Shown here piece by piece: positions 44,719-53,904 of a stretch of 64,000 nucleotides of DNA. Position numbers and translations under genes: made by a program. Every line of letters begins with the position of its first letter. Positions within the stretch are counted from its first letter, which is position 1. Origin of the DNA: an uncultured bacterium (GTDB lineage: Bacteria > Patescibacteriota > Saccharimonadia > UBA4664); contig CAVRET010000002.1 of NCBI GenBank assembly GCA_963720265.1, positions 814,069 to 878,068 on the forward strand, given 5' to 3'. The notes under the pieces were generated by a model. That model ran no database searches. It had not been told where the DNA came from and saw only the letters and a list, made by a program, of their open reading frames with translations.

Positions 44719-45892
44719 GCCGACGTCCGCGCACAATGGCGCATCCCGCAATAAAGCTGATTAGAGACAGGGTGGCAAGTGGAATGTTGGGATGTTGCTT
44801 TGAGACAGCGATTAGGCCAGTATCTGGAGCTTTGGGTGAGTTCGTGCCGGATGAACCAGAATTGCCAGAGCTACTACTAGCTAATACACCGGTAGTCGTC
44901 CATATGTCGCCGCCACTGACAGTCGCCGCCAGGTGGCTGCCGTCACTGGATGAAGCTATGGCGTCCCAGTTAGGTGCGCTTACTGCGGCAGTTTCGGTTT
45001 GGTCCGCCCAGGTCACCCCACCGTCGGTAGATACGTATATGTCGGTATCGATGCCTACAGCCGCTAGATGGCTGCCGTCGCTGGATGAAGCTATGGCCGA
45101 CCAGTTGGGTGAGCCAGCTGCTGTTTGATCTGTCCAGGTCGCGCCTCCATCGATGGAGGTGTAGATGTCGCCGCCACTGACAGTCGCTGCAAGGTGGCTT
45201 CCGTCGCTGGATGAGGCAATGTCCGTCCAGCTGCGCGTCCCGGCTGCAGCTTGGTCCGTCCAGGTAGCCCCGCCGTCGGTGGAGGTATAAATATCGCCAC
45301 CATTGACAGTCGCTGCTAAGTGGCTGCCGTCGCTGGACGAAGCTATGGCCGACCAGTTGCGTGTGCCAGCTGCACTTTGATCTGTCCAAGTCACACCTCC
45401 ATCGGTTGAGGTATAGATGTCGCCTCCACCAACCCCAACGGCAGTCGCTGCCAAGTGGCTGCCGTCGCTGGATGAGGCTATTGCTTGCCAGAAGCGTGAG
45501 CCAGCTGCGGCTTGATCGGTCCAGGTCACGCCTCCGTCGATGGAAGTGTAGATGTCGCCTCCGTGGACCTCAGCCGCTAAGTGGCTGCCGTCGCTGGATG
45601 AGGCTATTTCTTGCCAGCTGCGAGAGCCAGCTGCAGCTTGATCGGTCCAGATCACACCTCCATTGGTGGAGGTGTATATGTCGCCGGCACCGGAAGCATT
45701 GACGGTCGCTGCCAAGTGGCTGCCGTCACTGGATGAGGCTATGTCCGTCCAGTTGCGTGAGCCAGCTGCGGTTTGATCGGTCCAGGTATAGCCGCCGGTT
45801 GCAAGTATATTCGACGTCGATGCAAAGCTAGCAGTTAAGACACAGGCCGACAGAAAGACTCTTCGTATAATCCGATGTGGTACATGTTTCAT
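44702..45892 (-). CDS. secreted BNR/Asp-box repeat protein with C-terminal sortase sorting signal
   Basis: Signal peptide. About eight tandem ~40-aa repeats, each with IYTSTDGGVTWTDQ (SxDxGxTW BNR motif) and IASSSDGSHLAATV. C-terminal KAPDTG, a hydrophobic stretch, then RGRRPK. Confidence 0.65.
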   Translation of the reverse strand: MKHVPHRIIRRVFLSACVLTASFASTSNILATGGYTWTDQTAAGSRNWTDIASSSDGSHLAATVNASGAGDIYTSTNGGVIWTDQAAAGSRSWQEIASSSDGSHLAAEVHGGDIYTSIDGGVTWTDQAAAGSRFWQAIASSSDGSHLAATAVGVGGGDIYTSTDGGVTWTDQSAAGTRNWSAIASSSDGSHLAATVNGGDIYTSTDGGATWTDQAAAGTRSWTDIASSSDGSHLAATVSGGDIYTSIDGGATWTDQTAAGSPNWSAIASSSDGSHLAAVGIDTDIYVSTDGGVTWADQTETAAVSAPNWDAIASSSDGSHLAATVSGGDIWTTTGVLASSSSGNSGSSGTNSPKAPDTGLIAVSKQHPNIPLATLSLISFIAGCAIVRGRRPKSAA

Positions 45893-46331
45893 TTTTGTAC
45901 AAATGGTCTCCCGATAAACACTTATGGTAATTACTATAACTAAGTCCCATGGCCAGGCAAATAGGGACCGGTCCTCGCTGGCGTCTAGATGAAGCGGCTC
46001 GTTTGTCAGGACCGGCTACAGGGCCCGAGCGGCAGCGTTGCGGTCGCGTCGAGTAGAGTTTGGCGTTTTGCCTGATCTGAGGGCTCAAACGTACAGTTTT
46101 GCCAGGGAAACTCTGTGCTTTGATGCCACTGATTACGCAAAGATCCCGCCTGCTTGGGGCGGGATCTTTGGAGATACATCAAATTGGAGCGAACTTTATT
46201 TGCGTAGGGAGACGATTACGAGACCCGCAACCAGCGCGTGGCCAAGAGCTTTGAATCGCGGTTGCACGCGTTTGCGTGCCAGATAGGCATAAGTGCTTTA
46301 TTTGAGACGCCGTTTGTTTTAAGCTTGAGGC

Positions 46332-46649
46332 ATGAAATCGCAGAAGAATACAAATAGAATATTGCTATCACTCGCAGCCTTTGTGGTTACTTACGTGTTA
46401 CTAGTCCAAGATGTCAGGCTGTTGGGCTGGGGATATGTCCCGTTCGGCCTTAGCTCGACCCCATTGCATTCGAGCCTTCAAGTGGTTGTCCTCCTGGTTG
46501 TGATGGGACTCTTGACCATTAGCGTTTTTGGATTTTGCGTCTTTACCATTATTCGAAATAAGAGCGTTGCTGCTGTAGTCACGATACTGGGCATATTGGT
46601 ACTGAGCTTTGCGGTATTTGCGGGGTCATTTGCTGCCCTGACGTTCTAG
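46332..46649 (+). CDS. small polytopic membrane protein, hypothetical
   Basis: 105 aa with three hydrophobic helices. Confidence 0.35.
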   Translation: MKSQKNTNRILLSLAAFVVTYVLLVQDVRLLGWGYVPFGLSSTPLHSSLQVVVLLVVMGLLTISVFGFCVFTIIRNKSVAAVVTILGILVLSFAVFAGSFAALTF

Positions 46650-46682
46650 CGGCTCAGGAAATGACTTATCAAGGGCGGGAAC

Positions 46683-47344
46683 TAAGGAGCGGGCCTGGTC
46701 AACGTTGCCGTCGACCAGGCCCTCGCATCCTTTGCTAAGTTGTCATACCCCCCTACGGTGCCGTTGGATTACTGGCGAGGTACTCATTGATCAGAGCAGC
46801 GTACGCTGCCTGACCTTCTGCGTTGGGATGGAAGGAGTACTTCGGGTGGTCCACGTCGACATCGTTGAAGTACCCATCATCGCTACACAGGGTGTGGCCG
46901 ATGAATGGTGATCCATCCGCGTTCGCGTCTACGAACTCGAACGGAGCGCCGTACGTGCTCACTGCGCCTGAGACTGCCGCGTTGATGTCACTCTCGACGG
47001 TCTTGGCAGCATCCTGACTGGCGGTCGTTAGGTCGCCAGCGCAGGAGTTTGGCCATCCGACATCTGTAGCGGGCAGAATGTTCGGATAACCCACGACCAG
47101 GACGCGGGTGCCTGCTGACACATCCCCAGCTATGTCACCGAATAGTGTCGCCAGATCGCCAGGCAGGTAGTCATCGATGGCCGTCGTGATGTCCGCGTAG
47201 GCTGTGGTATCGGTACCACAGCCAACCTCAGGATCTACACACGAGGCGGCGAAGTCGCTGAAACCAACGTCGTCGCCGCCGACCGTCAGGATTACGTAGT
47301 CGTCACTGCTCGTGATGCCGTCGAGCTGGGTGGGCTCATCGTCC
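46683..47344. repeat. ~660-bp direct duplication, copy 1 (3' end and terminator hairpin of the SGNH-hydrolase gene)
   Basis: Identical, as far as inspected, to 50040-50701, including the hairpin GGCCTGGTCAAC(gttgcc)GTCGACCAGGCC and 197 codons. Confidence 0.75.
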
Positions 47345-47346
47345 AT
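46753..47346 (-). pseudogene. 5'-truncated duplicate of the C-terminal SGNH/GDSL domain of gene 50110-51855
   Basis: The 197-aa ORF is identical to the last 197 aa of the 581-aa protein. The N-terminal 384 codons are absent, replaced at 47345 by the IS5-fragment junction. Confidence 0.7.
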
Positions 47347-47955
47347 CCTGGGTCTTGGGCCTCACCCGGTTACGGCGGTGGGGTGAAATAAGGTCAATGC
47401 CAAGTTCTGCCAGTTTGGCGTCCAAGGGATCCGAATCATACGCCCGGTCGGCTACCAGACGTTTTGGAGTAGCTCGGGTAAGTTTGTGGGCAAGCGTTTG
47501 TTCCACCAGGGTGACTTCATGCGGAGAAGCAGAGCCCACAGTGACGGCGAGCGGAAGAGACTCTCGGTCGCAGATAACCATGAGCTTGGTACCCTTGCCG
47601 CGTTTCGTGGGGCCAACCCCAAGGCCCCCTTTTTAGCCGAAGCGAACGTACCGTCAATGAAGCACTCTTCCAGGGAGATGCCACCACGCTCTTCCATGTC
47701 CTGAGCGAGGATCTGGAGAATGGTGGCAAAGGTGCCGGAGTTAGTCCACTCCTGGAACCGCCGGTGACAGGTCTGGTAAGGTGGGTACTTGTCCGGTAGT
47801 TCATTCCACTGGGCGCCGGTCTTGAGCACCCACAGAATACCGTCAAGCACTGGTCGGTCCGGTACCCGAGGACGACCTCGTCCTGGTTTAGCTGGTTTGG
47901 GCTGTTCCAGCAGTGAAGTCAGTAACTCCCATTGCTGGTCAGTCAGTTTTTGCAT
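47336..47955 (-). pseudogene. IS5-family transposase, 3'-truncated copy with a -1 frameshift site
   Basis: OrfA-like 47452-47955 (LDGILWVLKTGAQWNELP). Continuation in the -1 frame from GCTAAAAAGGGG (about 47628-47639) gives KGGLGVGPTKRGKGTKLMVICDRESLPLAVTVGSASPHEV...ADRAYDSD. The ORF stops after PHRRNRVRPKTQDGR, without the C-terminal ~70 aa seen in copy 32401-33210. Confidence 0.7.
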
Positions 47956-47974
47956 TATTTATTTTCCTGCTTCT

Positions 47975-48172
47975 TTAGCTAGATGGTAGCAGGGTTTTTG
48001 AGATGGGTTCTAATGACATTATGATCGTCAAGATCCAACTTGGTAGCCACAGTGCCGCGACCCATCTTGATAGGGTCGATACTCCAGCATGTCTAAGGGC
48101 CAAAACTAGGCCGCAGACAAATATCAAGCCGAATACTGTTGGGAGTGCGTCAACGATCTTCTTATGCTTCAT
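47975..48172 (-). CDS. small two-TM membrane protein, hypothetical
   Basis: 65-aa hydrophobic ORF with a 4-nt overlap with the upstream membrane-protein gene. Confidence 0.3.
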   Translation of the reverse strand: MKHKKIVDALPTVFGLIFVCGLVLALRHAGVSTLSRWVAALWLPSWILTIIMSLEPISKTLLPSS

Positions 48173-48753
48173 GACCGAGCCTGTTTTGGCTTGTAAGCCA
48201 GCAGGCTAAAGCCGACGCCTACTTGCCACACGGTGAACGCAGCGGCAAATTTGACGATAGATGTGGAACTGTCTCCGTTAAGTTGTGTCCCAGCGCCGGA
48301 GGCGAGGATCCAATTCATTACGGCGGCTAAAGCTAAACCGCTTATAGCCGTGACACCAATCGCCATCAAGTTAATCTTTCGCGTGAGGAGGGAGAAGACT
48401 AGTGCCAGCACGAGCGCACCAACGACACCTGCCCGCAGCATATTACTTAGATCAGAACCGTTAGTACTATCTGATCCGTTTATGTGCATCGTGTAGGAAT
48501 GAAACGCTAAGTACCAGGCCCCAGTTGAAGCAATCAACCAAATAAATCCTTGAACTGCATCAAGCCATTTGCTTGTCACAAAGACCCAGCCTGTAGCCAC
48601 GCCAAAGAGAATCCCGGGCCCAATCCACCAAGCCCCTGGAATCATCAGGAAGGTAACCCCTGATAGTATCCCAGACGCTAAAGTGGCAACAAAGACTCTA
48701 TTGGACAGTGGATCCTTGGTAAAATGCGGCACTTTGGCTCTGGCCCGGCTCAT
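48169..48753 (-). CDS. polytopic membrane protein, hypothetical
   Basis: 194 aa with five or six hydrophobic helices. Confidence 0.45.
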   Translation of the reverse strand: MSRARAKVPHFTKDPLSNRVFVATLASGILSGVTFLMIPGAWWIGPGILFGVATGWVFVTSKWLDAVQGFIWLIASTGAWYLAFHSYTMHINGSDSTNGSDLSNMLRAGVVGALVLALVFSLLTRKINLMAIGVTAISGLALAAVMNWILASGAGTQLNGDSSTSIVKFAAAFTVWQVGVGFSLLAYKPKQARS

Positions 48754-48930
48754 AGACGAATTCTAGCATAAGGATTATAAATTCCTGGCTATTCAACTTA
48801 AGCTTATCACTCTGCTGCATGCAGCGTTATGCCCAAAACTCGTGGGGAAGAATAGCGGCTTTCTGCTCTGGAAAGAACCTGCCGCCGTTTCCGTACCAGA
48901 ATATGCAGGTTTGCCCGCGTGTCTCGGTGG

Positions 48931-49416
48931 TCATGGCCTCCGCGCGAGCGGCGAGTACATCTGGGAATGCTTCACACAGGCGGCTTCTTCGCCGTGCTTG
49001 TCAAAGCCGCACTCCGTGGCCCCGTGCCCAAAGCCGTCATGGACGGCGCGGAAGGCATCGTTGTCATCGTTGCTCAGGACGGGATGCGCGTTATCGCCCG
49101 CGGCCGTTGCCCACACCCGCAGCCGGCCTTCGCGCAGCTCGGCCAGGAGTTCGGTCACATGCCGGTACGGACCCTCGGGGGTAACCTCGACCTCGATGTA
49201 CTTGGAGAGCTGCTCGAACTGACGCCAGGTTTCCTCACGCAGTGCCTTGTATGCCGGGAGCGCCGCGCGGTCGATAATCGGAGCCGCTTGGTAGGCCCTG
49301 GCTATCGCCGCGCCGGTTGCATCACCACAACGCACCGCCGCATAGTTGATGCAGCGTACAGCCAGATTGTTCCGAATGCAGTAGTTCTCGGCTGCTATCT
49401 CAACTCGCTTGACCAT
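48931..49416 (-). CDS. hypothetical protein
   Basis: More protein-like than the overlapping + strand ORF. No RBS. Low confidence. Confidence 0.3.
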   Translation of the reverse strand: MVKRVEIAAENYCIRNNLAVRCINYAAVRCGDATGAAIARAYQAAPIIDRAALPAYKALREETWRQFEQLSKYIEVEVTPEGPYRHVTELLAELREGRLRVWATAAGDNAHPVLSNDDNDAFRAVHDGFGHGATECGFDKHGEEAACVKHSQMYSPLARRP

Positions 49417-49626
49417 GATCCGAGCTTGCGACGAGGAAAGCTCCGGCTATGGCTGACATTTGGTGCAGTGGTTGACTGGCTTAATGGTGACCGTAGAGCG
49501 GCGGCCTAAAGCAATGGGCCTAGGGGGCGTTTGAGTTCTTTGCCTCGTAGACCTCGATATCAATTGGATCATCATTCTCTTGGAGGACCCAGGCCCTCCT
49601 CGTTGGCTGGAGCCGAACTCAAATAT

Positions 49627-50034
49627 CTAGAAAGTGAATTCTCGGGAAAAATCCGCGAAGAAAGTTACCGCGAAGAACAATACGAAAATAAGAGCTGCGC
49701 ATACTAATATCCAGGCCCAGCGCTGCCAGCCTTTGAGTTTCGAAGGTGTTGATCTCGCAGCTACTATAAGTGCGCCAATAAGCGTTGATGCTGATTTCAA
49801 AATGAAGGGTATCGGTACGCCATGGCCATTGCAAAGGTTAGGGCATAGCCAAGACCCCAAAGAGTCCGCATCAACAAATATGGGCCAGGCGAGCAACACA
49901 ATGGCCAAGCACATAAATGACACTGTTTCTAGTTTATTGGGGTTCTTGCCAGGCATTCTGAGTACGAGTGTAGCATACATAAGCATTTCTTGAGGACACC
50001 GTTTGTTTAGCTCCCATGATATGAGGCTAGCCAT
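49627..50034 (-). CDS. membrane protein, hypothetical
   Basis: 135 aa with three hydrophobic helices. Confidence 0.35.
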   Translation of the reverse strand: MASLISWELNKRCPQEMLMYATLVLRMPGKNPNKLETVSFMCLAIVLLAWPIFVDADSLGSWLCPNLCNGHGVPIPFILKSASTLIGALIVAARSTPSKLKGWQRWAWILVCAALIFVLFFAVTFFADFSREFTF

Positions 50035-50039
50035 GAATT

Positions 50040-50701
50040 TAAGGAGCGGGCCTGGTCAACGTTGCCGTCGACCAGGCCCTCGCATCCTTTGCTAAGTTGT
50101 CATACCCCCCTACGGTGCCGTTGGATTACTGGCGAGGTACTCATTGATCAGAGCAGCGTACGCTGCCTGACCTTCTGCGTTGGGATGGAAGGAGTACTTC
50201 GGGTGGTCCACGTCGACATCGTTGAAGTACCCATCATCGCTACACAGGGTGTGGCCGATGAATGGTGATCCATCCGCGTTCGCGTCTACGAACTCGAACG
50301 GAGCGCCGTACGTGCTCACTGCGCCTGAGACTGCCGCGTTGATGTCACTCTCGACGGTCTTGGCAGCATCCTGACTGGCGGTCGTTAGGTCGCCAGCGCA
50401 GGAGTTTGGCCATCCGACATCTGTAGCGGGCAGAATGTTCGGATAACCCACGACCAGGACGCGGGTGCCTGCTGACACATCCCCAGCTATGTCACCGAAT
50501 AGTGTCGCCAGATCGCCAGGCAGGTAGTCATCGATGGCCGTCGTGATGTCCGCGTAGGCTGTGGTATCGGTACCACAGCCAACCTCAGGATCTACACACG
50601 AGGCGGCGAAGTCGCTGAAACCAACGTCGTCGCCGCCGACCGTCAGGATTACGTAGTCGTCACTGCTCGTGATGCCGTCGAGCTGGGTGGGCTCATCGTC
50701 C
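50040..50701. repeat. ~660-bp direct duplication, copy 2
   Basis: See 46683-47344. Confidence 0.75.
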
Positions 50702-51855
50702 ATCCCGACGATCATGTCTGCGGTCGTTGCGCCCGAGCAGGCTCTGAAGGTCGTCAGCGACAAGCCGTCGGGGCTGCCGGCGATGTCTTCGGCGTACGAC
50801 TCAGTACTGCGATCGCAGCCATCGGTGTCGGACGGTGGAATGAACCCACTTGCGGGGACACCCTCGCCTGACGAGAACGAATCGCCAAGCACCACGAATT
50901 GCTTGATTGACCAATCTGCACTCGCCACTGACGGTTCGGTGTTCGGACCAGTTGCAGTGGTGAGCTGCGTCGAACCGCCACTACTTGTCGGTATCGAGTA
51001 CACCTGCTCACCGTCGTCGTAATACAAGGTTGAACCATCCGACGACAGCCTGAGGTCGCTACCAGGGACGTCGCTGTCGTCGAGGTAATTCAGCGTTGCG
51101 TCGGTGCCGCTGAAACCGTCCGATGTGGTGTAGTACTGAATCTCGTTTGCGTACCCGGTGAAGTAGATACGAGATCCATCCGGTGACCAGACCGGATTTA
51201 TCTGGTTCTCACTATTACTGTCATCAACGACGTGGGCATTACTGCCGTCCGCGTCCATGATGTACAGCTGGTTGTTGCCGCCGGTGTTCGTTGAGTAAAC
51301 AATCTTCGAGCCGTCTGGAGACCAGCTCGGGAAATTGTTGCTCACGGAGCCCGTGCTGTCGGTGAGATCTGTCAGGTCGGAGCCGTCTGGGTGGACCTTG
51401 AAGATCTGGATGTTACCGTCAGGCCACTCGTAAGTCTCGTCCTTGGCGAAGACGATCCATTGTCCGTCTGGAGACCAGCGCGGCACGTAGTCAACCACGG
51501 AATCGTCGCCATTGTCGGTCGATGGGAAGTCGACCTGTGTCACTGCCGAACCGTCGCTGTTCATAACCTCGACAGGCTCGCTACTGCCGACGGTGCCGAC
51601 GAACGCGATCTTACTACCGTCCGGTGAGACGTCCGGATACTGGCCGGGGCCTATGTCGGTGACGGTATCGCCGGACAGCTGCTCGATCTCAGGGTTGGCG
51701 CCGGAGTAGTTCTGGAAGAACACGTCTCCGGAACTGACCGAGGCTTGGGCCGAGCCTGAAATGGCTAGGCCCGGAAGCAAGGTCAAGACTACTGACAGGG
51801 CCGCGAGCACGGCCAGGCGCAAGCGCAAGCGCCATGCTCTGGGTGTCGATGGCAC
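50110..51855 (-). CDS. secreted TolB-like beta-propeller / SGNH (GDSL) hydrolase fusion protein
   Basis: Signal peptide. Repeated SPDGSKIAF / SPDGQWIVF / SPDGSKIVYS / SPDGSRIYF (PD40-type propeller blades). C-terminal VVLGDSFSSGEG (GDSL block I) and SFHPNAEGQ (block V, DxxH). Confidence 0.7.
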   Translation of the reverse strand: MPSTPRAWRLRLRLAVLAALSVVLTLLPGLAISGSAQASVSSGDVFFQNYSGANPEIEQLSGDTVTDIGPGQYPDVSPDGSKIAFVGTVGSSEPVEVMNSDGSAVTQVDFPSTDNGDDSVVDYVPRWSPDGQWIVFAKDETYEWPDGNIQIFKVHPDGSDLTDLTDSTGSVSNNFPSWSPDGSKIVYSTNTGGNNQLYIMDADGSNAHVVDDSNSENQINPVWSPDGSRIYFTGYANEIQYYTTSDGFSGTDATLNYLDDSDVPGSDLRLSSDGSTLYYDDGEQVYSIPTSSGGSTQLTTATGPNTEPSVASADWSIKQFVVLGDSFSSGEGVPASGFIPPSDTDGCDRSTESYAEDIAGSPDGLSLTTFRACSGATTADMIVGMDDEPTQLDGITSSDDYVILTVGGDDVGFSDFAASCVDPEVGCGTDTTAYADITTAIDDYLPGDLATLFGDIAGDVSAGTRVLVVGYPNILPATDVGWPNSCAGDLTTASQDAAKTVESDINAAVSGAVSTYGAPFEFVDANADGSPFIGHTLCSDDGYFNDVDVDHPKYSFHPNAEGQAAYAALINEYLASNPTAP

Positions 51856-51960
51856 GACAATCCCTTCTCGGATTTGGTACTGCGTTTCCCAAACCCGGCT
51901 CGTGGCTCATAAATAAAGTACCGAGCCGGATATGGGAGCGCCATATGTAAGATACCAATA

Positions 51961-53373
51961 GTGCTTATCTTTATTCAAGATAAGAGCGGATCGTGGATTA
52001 CTGCAGCCTCAGGGCGTTCGTGCTCAGCAACTTGCGTTGTTCGCTTGACAATCTCCGGCCACAAGCTCGGAGACCTGCTCAGGGACCGCTACTACCTGGG
52101 TTACGTCGAGTATGACGGAATCGAGTACGCGGGCAGGCATGAGGCGCTCATCAGCCCAGAGCTGTTTGAGCGCGTCCAGAAGGTGCTGGACTCCCACTCG
52201 GGCACGGGTACGCGGACGCGGACGCATAACCACTACCTCAAGGGCGTGCTCTGGTGCGCTCGGTGTGAGCACCGCTTCATCGTGCAGCGGGCCCGCGGCA
52301 ACGGTGGCGAGTACTTCTACTTCTTCTGCCGGGGACGACAAGAGGGGCTGTGCGATGCACCGTACGTCAACGTCCATGCGGTAGAGCAAGCCGTAATCGA
52401 CCACTACGCCGCGGTCACACTCTCAGACGAGTTCAAGGAGGCTGTACGGGCAAGGCTCGATGGCGCGCTTGCCCATGATCTAGGGAGCACTCAAGCAGTC
52501 CGTGACCGGCTGGAGGCCCGGCTTGCCGCACTCGACACCAAGGAAGACAACCTGCTTGACCTGGCCGCGGACGGCGAGCTACCGAAGGAGAAGATCAGGG
52601 AGAAGCTGCGTACGATCCGAGACGAGCGTGCCAGCATTCGGCGCGATATCGAACGGCTCGACGCTGAGCTTGAGACTGGCCGTGCCGTGTTCGGGCTCGC
52701 GCTCTACCTGCTCGACGAACCGCAGGAGCTGTACCGGCAGGCCGGGCCAGCCCTGCGGAAGGCGATGAACCAAGCGATCTTTACCAGGCTCAAGCTAGAC
52801 GGCCGTGCAGTTACAGCTGATGAACTGGCTGAGCCGTTCGACGTGATCGTGCCTGCTGGTCGGGCCTACGACCGACGCACCTACCAACGTAAAAGACCAC
52901 CCGCACCGTTGAGCGGAGTGGTCTTCCACGAAGGCATCTTGGCCTATGATCTAACCTCGGCTGATCTGCTAGAACTTGGCCTAGGGGGCATTGGTTCTAG
53001 TAAGTCCGCCATGGTGGTCTTAACGATTGCTCTTCAGAACATTTCGGCCACTCAGAGGATCACTGAATTATACGATGCAGTCAAGAATTGTAAATCCCGG
53101 TCCCAGAATAAGACTCGACGAGTGCCGGCGCTTCAGCTCTCCCCTGCCCGCCGAGGACTTGATATTGATCGGCTGGCTACCGACTACCGGGCCGGCTGGA
53201 CGTTGCAACAGCTGGCCGACAAGAACGGCATCCATAAGGATACGGTAACACTGCAACTCAAGAAGGCGGGAGTCAATATTCGGCCAAGAGGAAGCAATAT
53301 GCGCGGAAAGTTAAGTTATTTTATTCCGCCGCGTAACTCCTCGGGCCGTTTTACCAGTACTACCAGTTGTTAG
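51961..53373 (+). pseudogene. large serine recombinase lacking the N-terminal catalytic domain, fused in frame to a copy of the small HTH gene
   Basis: Starts inside the recombinase domain (RDRYYLGYVEYDGIEYAGRHEALISPELF). Zinc ribbon CARCEHRF...YFFCRGRQEGLC and a coiled-coil region follow. From about 53011 (CCATGGTGG, a motif variant) the frame continues into ...RRVPALQLSPARRGLDIDRLATDYRAGWTLQQLADKNGIHKDTVTLQLKKAGVNIRPRG. Confidence 0.5.
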
Positions 53374-53383
53374 GTCCAGGACC

Positions 53384-53893
53384 TTACAGGCCTGCGTCAC
53401 GAGCTATAAACTTTACTGTTTGCTCAAGCGAGTATTCTTCTAGGATGATCTTTTCACCCTCGAAACTGGTGAGGTCGCGGTGCCGATACCACTCCGTCAT
53501 TTCCTTCTCGCCAAAACCGGAGCGAATGTGAGGCGGCTTGGTAGCGTGTCTCCTAAGAGTCTCTTCGAGTGAGACATCAAAATAGTAAACGTAGTGCTCC
53601 GGACATTGGCCCAGCAGTTTCGTGAGCATCCCACCGTAGCGCCTAAAGCTCAGAATACCTTCAAGGATAACATCGTACTCACGAGCCAGGGCAAACTCAA
53701 CAATCTGCGCTATTAACGCAATGTTCGCGCCATCGTCAGTTTCTTTCTCCTTGAGAATAGTGCGGCGGATGTTGTCTTGCTCAACATAGGCGATCTTGCG
53801 AGAGCTAACTTCTCTCAGTTGTTTGGCAACTGAACTTTTTCCTGACCCGGAGTTACCACGGAGGATAATGAGTTTTGAGTGGTGAATGGCCAT
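53384..53893 (-). CDS. P-loop kinase (AAA_33-like)
   Basis: Walker A LRGNSGSGKSSVAKQL. 169 aa, typical of small nucleotide or antibiotic kinases. Confidence 0.6.
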   Translation of the reverse strand: MAIHHSKLIILRGNSGSGKSSVAKQLREVSSRKIAYVEQDNIRRTILKEKETDDGANIALIAQIVEFALAREYDVILEGILSFRRYGGMLTKLLGQCPEHYVYYFDVSLEETLRRHATKPPHIRSGFGEKEMTEWYRHRDLTSFEGEKIILEEYSLEQTVKFIARDAGL

Positions 53894-53904
53894 TGGTAGA
53901 AATC

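Noticed and set aside
46705-46911. 68-aa + strand ORF (and its identical twin at 50062-50268)
   Set aside because: It lies antisense within the duplicated SGNH-hydrolase coding sequence. It is duplicated only because the DNA is duplicated.
48919-49509. 196-aa + strand ORF
   Set aside because: Overlaps the more protein-like minus-strand ORF 48931-49416. Arg/Gly-rich, with no RBS.
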